The notes under the pieces were generated by a model. The model worked only from the letters and a program-made list of their open reading frames with translations. It did not search any database and had not been told where the DNA came from. A stretch of DNA of 63,495 bases, the filler included. It is 5 parts of 5 records of this genome, joined end to end, with 100 filler letters (N's around TTAATTAATTAA, not from the genome) between each part and the next. Parts side by side here need not be neighbours in the genome. Positions count along the whole stretch, not along the records: positions 1 to 21,195 come from SRR22947725_2408; 4 more parts are not named here. The stretch is one strand, 5' to 3'. Positions within the stretch are counted from its first letter, which is position 1. The number at the start of each line of letters is the position of its first letter. Shown here in pieces: positions 1 to 10,540 of the stretch. Both the position numbers and the translations under genes were made by a program.

Positions 1-54
1 GGAAAGTGTGTATACGCCAAAAGCGTATCGAGGGTTCGAATCCCTTCCTCTCTG
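1..54 (+). tRNA. tRNA-Ser (probably GGA), 5'-truncated by the window edge
   Basis: Starts GGA-AA in the anticodon loop, has a long variable arm (ATACGC-CAAAA-GCGTAT) and a T-arm AGGG-TTCGAAT-CCCT; no encoded CCA. Confidence 0.85.
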
Positions 55-125
55 CAATAACGTTAAGTATTTTTCATATATTTAGCATCATTATTTAACC
101 TTTATTAAAATAAAATACATTTTAA

Positions 126-923
126 ATGAAACGTTTTTTTTCCCTAACTGTCTTAGTTCTCTTTCTTGTAGCAACCCAATCTATGGTATTTGCGCAAGAA
201 TCAGACTCACTAACTGTCCAAGAAACTGAAGTAGCTGTTGAAGCTTCAGCTGAAGCGGCACAAGAACAACCACAGCCCGCTGACGCACCAAAAGCAAGCT
301 TCACCCAAGAACTTAAAAAGAGGTTTATTGAAGGTGGCCCAGGATTTATGGGTATCGTTCTATTGTGTTTAATTTTAGGACTTGCAATTGCTATTGAGCG
401 TATTATCTTTTTAAACCTAGCAACGACCAACACCGCTAAACTCACAGAATCTATTGAAGAAGCACTTTCTTCTGGAGGAGTTGAGGCTGCAAAAGAAGTT
501 TGTAGAAATACCAAAGGCCCTGTAGCATCTATTTTCTACCAAGGACTCGATCGTTCTGGTGAAGGTGTTGAAAGCGCTGAAAAAGCAGTTGTTGCTTATG
601 GAGGTGTACAAATGGGTCAATTGGAGAAAAACGTATCTTGGATATCATTGTTTATTGCTCTGGCTCCAATGCTTGGATTTATGGGTACTGTAATAGGTAT
701 GATTCAAGCCTTTGACAAAATTGAAGCCGCTGGAGATATGCAACCATCACTTGTTGCTGGAGGTATTAAAGTAGCGCTTTTAACAACCGTTTTTGGTCTT
801 ATTGTTGCAATTATTCTTCAAATCTTTTACAATTACATCATTGCTAAAATTGATAGTATTGTAAATGACATGGAAGATGCATCAATCACATTGATTGACC
901 TTCTTGTGGCAAACCAAAAATAA
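126..923 (+). CDS. exbB: MotA/TolQ/ExbB proton channel family protein
   Basis: Signal peptide; APMLGFMGTVIGMIQAF and GGIKVALLTTVFGL TM motifs; followed by two exbD-like genes. Confidence 0.9.
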   Translation: MKRFFSLTVLVLFLVATQSMVFAQESDSLTVQETEVAVEASAEAAQEQPQPADAPKASFTQELKKRFIEGGPGFMGIVLLCLILGLAIAIERIIFLNLATTNTAKLTESIEEALSSGGVEAAKEVCRNTKGPVASIFYQGLDRSGEGVESAEKAVVAYGGVQMGQLEKNVSWISLFIALAPMLGFMGTVIGMIQAFDKIEAAGDMQPSLVAGGIKVALLTTVFGLIVAIILQIFYNYIIAKIDSIVNDMEDASITLIDLLVANQK

Positions 924-941
924 TTCATAAACACACATATT

Positions 942-1388
942 ATGGATATTCAAAAAATAACAAAAATCGTGGCACTTGTCTTAGGGGTGTTGGGCTTGAT
1001 TTTTCAAGTTACCATACTCTCTAAAGGGGATGATGCCATTGAATTAAATAGCTACGCAGGTGATTTTTCATCGGTATCTCCCATGATTACATTGGCTATA
1101 ATCATATTGATTATAGTTGTGGCGATAACACTTGTTTCCTCGTTAGCTACACTAGCGTCTAATCCAGAAAAACTTAAAAAGGCACTACTTTCAGTTGCTG
1201 CTTTTGTTTTGGTGGTATTACTTTCTTTCTTTCTATCGGACGGAGCAGAAACACCTCTTAAAGACGGAGAAGTATTATCAGCTTTTGGTTCACGTTTGGT
1301 TGGAACAGGCTTACGCACCTTTTACTTTTTGGCATTAATTGCTATTGGGAGTATGTTATTTTCGGGTGTTAAGCGATTTATAAAATAA
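942..1388 (+). CDS. Hypothetical membrane protein (about 4 TM) in the exbB-exbD cluster
   Basis: 148-aa ORF with four hydrophobic segments, tightly spaced in the operon. Confidence 0.8.
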   Translation: MDIQKITKIVALVLGVLGLIFQVTILSKGDDAIELNSYAGDFSSVSPMITLAIIILIIVVAITLVSSLATLASNPEKLKKALLSVAAFVLVVLLSFFLSDGAETPLKDGEVLSAFGSRLVGTGLRTFYFLALIAIGSMLFSGVKRFIK

Positions 1389-1394
1389 AATATT

Positions 1395-2018
1395 ATGGCA
1401 AAAAGATCTGCACCAGAAGTAAATGCAGGGTCAATGGCCGATATTGCTTTCTTGTTACTTATTTTCTTTTTGGTGACAACAACGATTGAGACCGACTCAG
1501 GCCTTAATCGTAAGTTGCCTCCTATAGAAGATGTGGTTGACCCCCCAATTATCAAGGAACGCAATATATTCACCGTAGTCGTTAATAAGAATAACGACCT
1601 GCTTGTGGAAGAGAAGCCCATGGAAATTTCCGGGTTGCGAGAGGCAGCAGTTGCCTTCTTGGACAATGGCGGAGGAAAGGGAGAAGACGCTTGTGATTTC
1701 TGTCAAGGCGCACGAGACACGAGTTCTTCTGATAATCCTGACAAAGCGATTATTTCGCTTAAAAACGATAGAGAAACGGATTACAAAGTTTATATCGCTG
1801 TTCAGAATGAATTGGTAGCTGCGTATAATGTTTTACGTAATCGTGAGTTTGCACGCCTTAACCCGAATGTGGGATTGACTTATGTGGAAGCTGACCGTAA
1901 ATATTCAGATCCACGTACTTCTAGCACAGAAAAGGCAGCATTAAAGCCCAAGATTGATGTTATAAAGTTGCTTTTTCCTCAGAAATTATCTGAAGCAGAA
2001 CCCTCAAAAACGAATTAG
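1395..2018 (+). CDS. exbD: ExbD/TolR family biopolymer transport protein
   Basis: SMADIAFLLLIFFLVTT TM segment with the conserved Asp. Confidence 0.9.
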   Translation: MAKRSAPEVNAGSMADIAFLLLIFFLVTTTIETDSGLNRKLPPIEDVVDPPIIKERNIFTVVVNKNNDLLVEEKPMEISGLREAAVAFLDNGGGKGEDACDFCQGARDTSSSDNPDKAIISLKNDRETDYKVYIAVQNELVAAYNVLRNREFARLNPNVGLTYVEADRKYSDPRTSSTEKAALKPKIDVIKLLFPQKLSEAEPSKTN

Positions 2019-2019
2019 T

Positions 2020-2502
2020 ATGTCTAAGTTTAAAAAGAAAAAAGGCGGGGAATTACCCGCGATATCTACAGCTTCGCTACCCGATATTGTATTTATGTTG
2101 TTGTTCTTTTTTATGGTTGCTACGGTAATGCGTGACAGTTCGCTAATGGTTGCAAATACACTTCCTGCCGCAGACCAAGTGCAAAAGCTCGATAAAAAAG
2201 ACCGCGTGATGTATATCTATGCAGGAAAACCTAGTGATCGCTATCAAGAAAAGCACGGTACACAACCAAAAATTCAGTTAAATGATAAATTTGCTACCGT
2301 ACAAGATGTAGGGGCATTTGTGCTTGCAGAGCGCGCTTCCAAGCGTCAGGAGTTACAGAATGTACTTACTACAGCTTTAAAGGTTGATGGAGAAACGAAC
2401 ATGGGGCTAATTAGCGATATTAAGCAGGAACTACGAAAAGTAAATGCCTTAAAAATTAATTATACCACGCGAAGTGGTGATTATACGCAAAACTTAAATT
2501 AA
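2020..2502 (+). CDS. exbD: Second ExbD/TolR family protein
   Basis: SLPDIVFMLLFFFMV TM segment; C-terminal LKVD...MGLISDIKQELRK. Confidence 0.9.
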   Translation: MSKFKKKKGGELPAISTASLPDIVFMLLFFFMVATVMRDSSLMVANTLPAADQVQKLDKKDRVMYIYAGKPSDRYQEKHGTQPKIQLNDKFATVQDVGAFVLAERASKRQELQNVLTTALKVDGETNMGLISDIKQELRKVNALKINYTTRSGDYTQNLN

Positions 2503-2526
2503 CTCCTTTTAAAGGAAATAATAATT

Positions 2527-2570
2527 AAGCATCCATCTCTCTGTAAATTAGAGAAATGGATGCTTTTTTT
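2527..2570 (+). terminator. Intrinsic terminator after the exb cluster
   Basis: AAGCATCCAT...ATGGATGCTT inverted repeat followed by a T-run. Confidence 0.75.
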
Positions 2571-2586
2571 CGTTTATATTTATACC

Positions 2587-3243
2587 ATGAGGTTTCTTGT
2601 ATTATTTGTCTGTTTTAATATTGCGAATGCGCTATTTGCTCAAGAGCCAACGCCAAGTTTTCGGGAAGATCAATTATATCTAAGTGTTGGGTATCCTTTT
2701 TTTTCAGAGGCTCCTGAATCGCTAATTCAAAATAAACTTTCGTATGCGCTTTCGCTTGGCTATGTACGTGATATGCCCATAAACAAAGCACGTACACTGG
2801 CTATAGGTTTGGGCTTGGGATGGGATCAGGCCACATTATTTACGAATACCCGATTTACCAATACGGGAAATTCTCTTACCACTACGGTTATTGAAGAAGC
2901 GTATCAAAAAAATTACATCTCGGTTCAATCGTTAGCCCTTCCTTTTGAGCTTCGCTGGCGTAATGCTACGGAAACTAACCATGCCTTTTGGCGCATCTAT
3001 ACGGGCGTAAGTTTACACGTTCCTTTGAAACTTAGTTCATATTATAAGCCCAACAACGGCGCTTCGAGTCGAGTTAGTATTCCTAGTAACAGCACTGTTT
3101 TCCGCCTAAATGTTCACTTTGGCTTTAACACTTGGAATATCAGTTTGACACATGATTTACAGCCTTGGACCCAAACACGGGGCTTAGGCGACAATATAAA
3201 TATGAGATTCTCAAGAATAGGCTTTATTTTCTATGTTTTTTAA
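2587..3243 (+). CDS. Outer-membrane beta-barrel (Bacteroidota porin-family) protein
   Basis: Signal peptide from the ATG at 2587 (the upstream ATG lies in the terminator); FREDQ-Y motif; alternating beta pattern; terminal Phe. Confidence 0.7.
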   Translation: MRFLVLFVCFNIANALFAQEPTPSFREDQLYLSVGYPFFSEAPESLIQNKLSYALSLGYVRDMPINKARTLAIGLGLGWDQATLFTNTRFTNTGNSLTTTVIEEAYQKNYISVQSLALPFELRWRNATETNHAFWRIYTGVSLHVPLKLSSYYKPNNGASSRVSIPSNSTVFRLNVHFGFNTWNISLTHDLQPWTQTRGLGDNINMRFSRIGFIFYVF

Positions 3244-3292
3244 TCATATTCGCAACCACATTTCCTAAAAAATATAGTAATTAAAAAAATAA

Positions 3293-3300
3293 TATCTTTG
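3293..3300 (+). promoter_or_regulatory. Bacteroidota -7 promoter box for the TonB-dependent receptor
   Basis: TATCTTTG matches TAnnTTTG, 25 nt upstream of the ATG. Confidence 0.6.
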
Positions 3301-3325
3301 CGACTTAAACAAAACTATATTAACT

Positions 3326-6238
3326 ATGAAATTATTTCTTCAAGTTTTAGTGCTATTTCTTTCAACGACTGTAATAGCACAATCCCAATTATCGGGAACA
3401 GTTTCCGATAGTAGCGGACAGCCAATACCTGGCGCCAACGTAGTAATTAACAATACAACGGGTACCGTTACCGATTTTGACGGGAACTTTAGTTTATCAA
3501 CCGATAAAAATCCTCCGTTTACAGTAACTGTATCTAGCGTAGGACTAGCCTCTAAATCTATTGAGGTTACTTCAGCAATGCAATCTTTAAATGTGGTACT
3601 TGATGAAAGCACAACACAACTCGATGAGATTGTAGTTTCTGCATCGCGATTTGCTCAACGTATTTTTGAGTCTCCAATTACTGTTGAGAAGTTTGGTCTT
3701 CAACAGATCAAAGAAACTCCTGCTGCTGACTTTTTCAATGGTTTGGAAAACCTAAAGGGAATTCAATTATCTCAGGGTGGTTTTTTATTAAATCAAGTGA
3801 TTACACGTGGTTTCGGTACTGTTTATAACGAGGGTTTTGTAACGCTTGTTGATGGTATGAATAATATGTCTCCTTTATTCGGATTTGCCATGGGTAACCT
3901 TATTGGTCTTGATGAATTGGATGTTCAAAGTGTTGAAGTAATACCTGGTCCTGCTTCTGCCCTTTATGGTGCTGACGCATACAAAGGGATTATGTTCTTG
4001 AATAGTAAAAACCCATTTGAGCATGAAGGAGTTAGCGCATACTACAGAACAGGGATTACTGAACAAGATGCTGCAGGCACTAATGATTTTACTCAAATCG
4101 GAATCCGAATGGCAACCAAGATAGGTGATAAATTTGCCATTAAAGCTTCATTGTCTCATAAAGAAGGAACTGAATGGGGTGCTGCGGAATATTCGCATCA
4201 ACCAATCGTAGGTGGTGAAGTTGATCCTACGTATTCAACGAGCGCTCCTGATTATAATGGGTTAAATATTTATGGTGAACGTGCTTTTCCAAGTTCAAAT
4301 ACATGGGGTTTGCTAGGACTTTTAAATCCTGCAACAGCAGCCTTAGCCGCTGCAGCGCCTAACTATTTTGATGAGGTTCTTTCAACAGGATATAAAGATA
4401 AAGATCTTGTTAGTGATAACGCTCAAAATACTAAAGGTAACTTCGCAATGCATTACCGTCCTGATGAAAACACAGAGATTGTTTTATCTTCCCTTATTGG
4501 GACTGGAGAGTCTCCTTTACAAGGCTTTGGAAGGTATGCTATGAAAGGGATTAAAATCCAACAACATAAATTTCAAGTAGACCACGGTAGGCTTAATTTC
4601 AAAACGTATTACACACGTGAGCAAGATGGGGATAGTTATTCTATTTCTGCAGCAGCAGCATTACTTGCGAATGCACCAAATTCGAATATTGCTGATTTGA
4701 GCGCATTAGGATTGCCTGATTTCTCGGGATACGGAGGCTGGTTTGCAAATTATAATTTAACTTATTTGGGAGCTCTTGCCGGGGCTAATGGACTTTCACC
4801 TGATATTGCTGGTATTACTAGTCTACTTGGAATTGTAGGTGCAGATATTATGACAGGTGGACAATCAATTAATAACCTTGCTGCTTTTGCTCCATTTGGG
4901 GGTAATACACAGTTTGCACACAATGCTGCTCGCTCTAATGCTGATCAAGGAATCAACCCCTTCACAGCTGCTCCAGTAGGAATGTTAGTTCCTGGAAGCG
5001 ACGCCTACAATGCTACTTTAGCTCAAGCGACTTCAAGCAACTTACCAGTTGTAAATGGTGGATCTGGAATATTTGACGATACAGAAACATACAACTTTGA
5101 ATTAAATTATGATTTAACTGACGTAACTGATTTTGCTGATTTCTTAGTTGGTGCTTCATACAGAATGACTGAATTGAACTCAGGTGGTACTATATATTCT
5201 GACCAAGATGGTCCAATTGAATATTATGAATATGGAGCTTATGTTCAAGGAGTTAAGAAGCTTCTTAACGATAAGTTGAGTCTAACTGCTTCGATGCGAA
5301 TTGATAAATCTGAGTTTTTTGATGCGAACTATACACCAAGACTTGCAGGTTTATACAATATTGACGAGAACCAAAATATAAGATTCTCATTCCAAACTGG
5401 CTTTAGAAACCCGACAAACCAAGACCAATATATTGGTTTATTCGCTGGAGATGTAACCTTGTTTGGTACTTCGCCTGATAATATCGGTCGTTACAACGGT
5501 ACAGTTGTATTAGATAACGGAACTCCTGCTACGTTTACTGGAGATTATGTTTTCAATAATGCCTTAAATGAAGCCGGAACATCAGCTAATCTTAAATATG
5601 TAACACCTGAGAGAGTTACTTCGTATGATTTAGGATATCGATTTAAGTCTCAAGGACTAACAGTAGATGTTTCTGCATATTATAGCGACTATGAAAATAA
5701 AATCGGGTCAACAGACGCATATGTACCTTATCTAAACGCTACTAGTGGTATAACTTTAGCCAATTATAGAGCTTTAGGTTCGTATGCTATTTATCAAGCA
5801 GATTCAAACTCTGATGAAGATTTAAAAACATACGGTATAAGTGCAGAGGTCACTCAAGCACTTTCATCTAAACTATTAGTTAATGTAATTTATGATTACA
5901 ATAAACTTGATTTTTCACCAGACCCAAGCTCAAGTTTTGAGGCTGCATTTAACACGCCAGAACATACTATTAAAGCGGGTCTTTTAGGTAAATTTGGTAT
6001 TATGTCATTTAATGTTTCAGCACGAAACACTTCAGAATATTACTATGAAGCTTCATTTATTGACGGTATGATAGATGCAAGAACTGTTCTTGACGCTCAG
6101 GTGTCCTTCGATATCGCTCCATTAAACGCAGTACTTAAGTTTGGTGGTAATAATATTGGTGGTGATGAATATCAAAGTGTATTAGGTGGTGGGAACATTG
6201 GTTCTGTATACTACTCTTCTATTAGCTTCGATTTATAA
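3326..6238 (+). CDS. TonB-dependent receptor with N-terminal carboxypeptidase-regulatory-like domain
   Basis: GTVTDFDGNFSL domain, LDEIVVSASR TonB-box region, VEVIPGPASALYG plug motif, terminal beta strand. Confidence 0.92.
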   Translation: MKLFLQVLVLFLSTTVIAQSQLSGTVSDSSGQPIPGANVVINNTTGTVTDFDGNFSLSTDKNPPFTVTVSSVGLASKSIEVTSAMQSLNVVLDESTTQLDEIVVSASRFAQRIFESPITVEKFGLQQIKETPAADFFNGLENLKGIQLSQGGFLLNQVITRGFGTVYNEGFVTLVDGMNNMSPLFGFAMGNLIGLDELDVQSVEVIPGPASALYGADAYKGIMFLNSKNPFEHEGVSAYYRTGITEQDAAGTNDFTQIGIRMATKIGDKFAIKASLSHKEGTEWGAAEYSHQPIVGGEVDPTYSTSAPDYNGLNIYGERAFPSSNTWGLLGLLNPATAALAAAAPNYFDEVLSTGYKDKDLVSDNAQNTKGNFAMHYRPDENTEIVLSSLIGTGESPLQGFGRYAMKGIKIQQHKFQVDHGRLNFKTYYTREQDGDSYSISAAAALLANAPNSNIADLSALGLPDFSGYGGWFANYNLTYLGALAGANGLSPDIAGITSLLGIVGADIMTGGQSINNLAAFAPFGGNTQFAHNAARSNADQGINPFTAAPVGMLVPGSDAYNATLAQATSSNLPVVNGGSGIFDDTETYNFELNYDLTDVTDFADFLVGASYRMTELNSGGTIYSDQDGPIEYYEYGAYVQGVKKLLNDKLSLTASMRIDKSEFFDANYTPRLAGLYNIDENQNIRFSFQTGFRNPTNQDQYIGLFAGDVTLFGTSPDNIGRYNGTVVLDNGTPATFTGDYVFNNALNEAGTSANLKYVTPERVTSYDLGYRFKSQGLTVDVSAYYSDYENKIGSTDAYVPYLNATSGITLANYRALGSYAIYQADSNSDEDLKTYGISAEVTQALSSKLLVNVIYDYNKLDFSPDPSSSFEAAFNTPEHTIKAGLLGKFGIMSFNVSARNTSEYYYEASFIDGMIDARTVLDAQVSFDIAPLNAVLKFGGNNIGGDEYQSVLGGGNIGSVYYSSISFDL

Positions 6239-6259
6239 AATCAAGAACTTTATTTTAAC

Positions 6260-6291
6260 AAAACGGCATCCATTTACGGATGCCGTTTTTT
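6260..6291 (+). terminator. Intrinsic terminator
   Basis: AAAACGGCATCC-loop-GGATGCCGTTTTTT. Confidence 0.85.
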
Positions 6292-6327
6292 GTTGATAAA
6301 TACCTTAGTTCTTCTCTATATTTCATT

Positions 6328-6335
6328 TATATTTG
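6328..6335 (+). promoter_or_regulatory. Bacteroidota -7 promoter box for atpD
   Basis: TATATTTG matches TAnnTTTG. Confidence 0.6.
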
Positions 6336-6370
6336 CACTCAAATTTAAGTGTCCTATTGGACACGCTTAG

Positions 6371-7906
<1,536 letters not shown>

Positions 7907-7911
7907 TTCTT

Positions 7912-8190
7912 ATGGTTTTAGAAATTGTTAGTCCTGAAGCAACATTATTCCAAGGCGAAGTAACTTCGGTTGTTGTCCCTGGATTACAAGGTTCTTTTCA
8001 AGTACTTAATAACCACACACCTATCGTTTCTACATTAGCCTCAGGTAAGGCTAAAATTGAAGGAAAGCTTGATATTGCTCCTGCCTTTCAAGCGTATTTC
8101 ACTCAAAAAGGGAATGAAACTTTCCTTGCACTTAACAATGGTGGAACGCTAGAAATACGTAACAATAAGGTCATTTTATTTGTAGACTGA
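7912..8190 (+). CDS. atpC: F1 ATP synthase epsilon subunit (N-terminal domain only)
   Basis: LEIVSPE...PG..GSFQVLNNHTP; directly follows atpD. Confidence 0.9.
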   Translation: MVLEIVSPEATLFQGEVTSVVVPGLQGSFQVLNNHTPIVSTLASGKAKIEGKLDIAPAFQAYFTQKGNETFLALNNGGTLEIRNNKVILFVD

Positions 8191-8238
8191 CACAATATTT
8201 TTTATACATTTACCGCGCCAAATCTTTTAATCACACCT

Positions 8239-10029
8239 ATGAGAAAGCATGTATTTCCTATAATATTAGTTGCGTTAATTTCATTCAATACTGTTGCACA
8301 AACAGCACTAGATGAAGTTGTTGTCTCTTCCCCTAGATTAGACATTCCATTTTCTGAAAATTCTAAGTCGGTAACCATTATTACCGCTGAACAAATTGCG
8401 ACCACACCTGTAACTAGCTTTGCAGATCTCTTACGCTTTCAGGCAGGGCTCGATATACGTCGCCAAGGGGTTGAGGGCGCACAAGCCGATGTGTATTTGC
8501 GTGGAGGTACATTCGACCAAGTGTTGTTGCTTATTGACGGAATCCGTGTCGATGACCCACAAACAGGACACCATACCCTAAATAGTGCACTTCCACTTGA
8601 AGTAATTGAACGCGTTGAAATTGTCAAAGGACCTTCCGCACGTATCTATGGGCAAAATGCCTTTACGGGTGCGATTAATATTGTCACTAAAAGAGCCACT
8701 GAAAATAAAACGACAATATATGAGCGAAGAGGAAGCTATGGTACCAATCAGTTGGGTGTTACGCATCAACTAGCAAATGATAACAGCCAGCACATTGCAC
8801 ATGCCTCGTATAACAGCAGTGACGGCTATCGATATAACACCGACTTTAGGAACCTTCATTTTTTTACACATAGTAGCTTTGGAACTACCCAGAAATATAA
8901 ACTGATTACTATGTTCAATGAACGAAAGTTCGGAGCGAATGGATTCTACGGAGTTACGAGTGCTAAAGACCAATATGAAGAAACACAAAGCAGCTTGGTT
9001 GCGCTAACCACTTCAGTCACGTCTAAAAACACAACATTTACACCCCGTGTGTTTTGGAAACGCGGACAAGATGAATACGTCTATATTCGAAATAACCCTG
9101 GAGTATATCGAAATGTTCACATTAATAATAAAGTTGGTGTTTCTTTAGACACAAAAATTGCCCATAATAATGGGAACCGTACTGGATTTGGTGTAGAACT
9201 ATCAACAGTTGCCATTCAGAGTAATAATTTGGGGCAGCACAGTAGAACCATAGCCCATCTTTTTTTGGAACACCGAATTACATTAAATAGTTTAAGTCTT
9301 ACACCAGGTTTTGCGTTAAGCCATTTTTCTGATGTAGATACTTTCTTTTATCCCGGATTAGATATTGGTTATGCACTTAATAATGCATCAAAGCTGACCT
9401 TTAACACAGGATATACCTATCGTGTGCCTACCTATAACGATTTGTATTACAACGGCCCTCAAGCCATCGGAAATGCTGATTTAAAGCCAGAGAAAGCATT
9501 GAGTCATGAATTAGCATATCGCCATGCCTCATCCAACTGGTCTATTGAAGCAGCCCTATTTCAACGCAACAGTGAAAATTTGATTGACTATGTTGAAGTA
9601 ACACCAGCGGATCCTAAGTGGTTAGCATCTAACGTTCAAGAGGTTTCAACTTTTGGAGGAGAACTTATTTCTTCCTTTGCTTTTGCAATTGGAAAGCAAA
9701 AACAACGGCTTACTTTATCATACGCCTATGTAGAAGATGATTATACCAAAACGGTTGTTTCTAGGTATGCGTTGAATGCATTGAAGCATAATGTCAATAT
9801 TCAGTTATTGAAAAGCTTTTCACCACGCTGGTCATCAACCACTTCTTACCGACATGCTTCACGAGCACTTGGAGGGAATTATCAGGTAGTTAATGCACAG
9901 TTGGCATATACCACAGGCGATTGGAGCATTCAATTGCAGGGGCGTAATTTATTCAACGCAGAATATGTAGAAAATCTTATTCCAATGCCAAAAGGACATG
10001 CTGTAATTTCGCTACAATATTCGTTTTAA
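8239..10029 (+). CDS. Small TonB-dependent receptor (BtuB/CirA-like size; substrate unknown)
   Basis: LDEVVVSS, LLIDG, IERVEIVKGPSARIYG plug motifs; NLFN motif; terminal YSF. Confidence 0.9.
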   Translation: MRKHVFPIILVALISFNTVAQTALDEVVVSSPRLDIPFSENSKSVTIITAEQIATTPVTSFADLLRFQAGLDIRRQGVEGAQADVYLRGGTFDQVLLLIDGIRVDDPQTGHHTLNSALPLEVIERVEIVKGPSARIYGQNAFTGAINIVTKRATENKTTIYERRGSYGTNQLGVTHQLANDNSQHIAHASYNSSDGYRYNTDFRNLHFFTHSSFGTTQKYKLITMFNERKFGANGFYGVTSAKDQYEETQSSLVALTTSVTSKNTTFTPRVFWKRGQDEYVYIRNNPGVYRNVHINNKVGVSLDTKIAHNNGNRTGFGVELSTVAIQSNNLGQHSRTIAHLFLEHRITLNSLSLTPGFALSHFSDVDTFFYPGLDIGYALNNASKLTFNTGYTYRVPTYNDLYYNGPQAIGNADLKPEKALSHELAYRHASSNWSIEAALFQRNSENLIDYVEVTPADPKWLASNVQEVSTFGGELISSFAFAIGKQKQRLTLSYAYVEDDYTKTVVSRYALNALKHNVNIQLLKSFSPRWSSTTSYRHASRALGGNYQVVNAQLAYTTGDWSIQLQGRNLFNAEYVENLIPMPKGHAVISLQYSF

Positions 10030-10496
10030 TTAACTGCTAGCCTGTCAAGCTGTTCATATATTAAGTGTGTTTCCCAACCTCGATAAGCGAGGTACTGAAA
10101 TAGTTTTTGTTTGCGGATTTGTGGGGTGTGACGACTAAGCTGCTGCCATTTTTTTTCACTTATTTCATTTATTTTTCTGAGATACGACGCTTCATCTATT
10201 TCCTTTAATGCAAGTTTTATGTCGTAAGTGGAGACTTTTCTGAGTTTTAGTTCACGTGTAATACGGAGTTTACCCCAATGTTTGATTGAAAATTTACCGC
10301 GCGCAAACTGTTGAGAAAACCGACTCTCATTTACATACCCTTCGTTAACTAAGGTTCCCATCACTTGTTCGATCACTTCTGGGATCATCCTCATGGCATA
10401 TAGCTTGTCTTTTATTTCTTTATGACAACGTTCTTGATACGCACAATAGTGACGCATTTTTTCAAGTGCTTCGGAAACGGTATATGTTTTATTCAC
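10026..10496 (-). CDS. recX: Regulatory protein RecX
   Basis: YCAYQERC, WGK.RI..ELK and YL.YRGW motifs; GTG start. Confidence 0.9.
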   Translation of the reverse strand: MNKTYTVSEALEKMRHYCAYQERCHKEIKDKLYAMRMIPEVIEQVMGTLVNEGYVNESRFSQQFARGKFSIKHWGKLRITRELKLRKVSTYDIKLALKEIDEASYLRKINEISEKKWQQLSRHTPQIRKQKLFQYLAYRGWETHLIYEQLDRLAVN

Positions 10497-10508
10497 AAGG
10501 GCTAAAAT

Positions 10509-10536
10509 AAAAAAAGCGGCCCTAAGGCCGCTTTTT
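10509..10536. terminator. Intrinsic terminator after rng (bidirectional shape)
   Basis: AAAAAGCGGCC-CTAA-GGCCGCTTTTT. Confidence 0.8.
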
Positions 10537-10540
10537 GTTT

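Noticed and set aside
8191-8238. Possible cobalamin riboswitch before the BtuB-sized receptor
   Set aside because: The spacer is only 48 nt, with no riboswitch motifs
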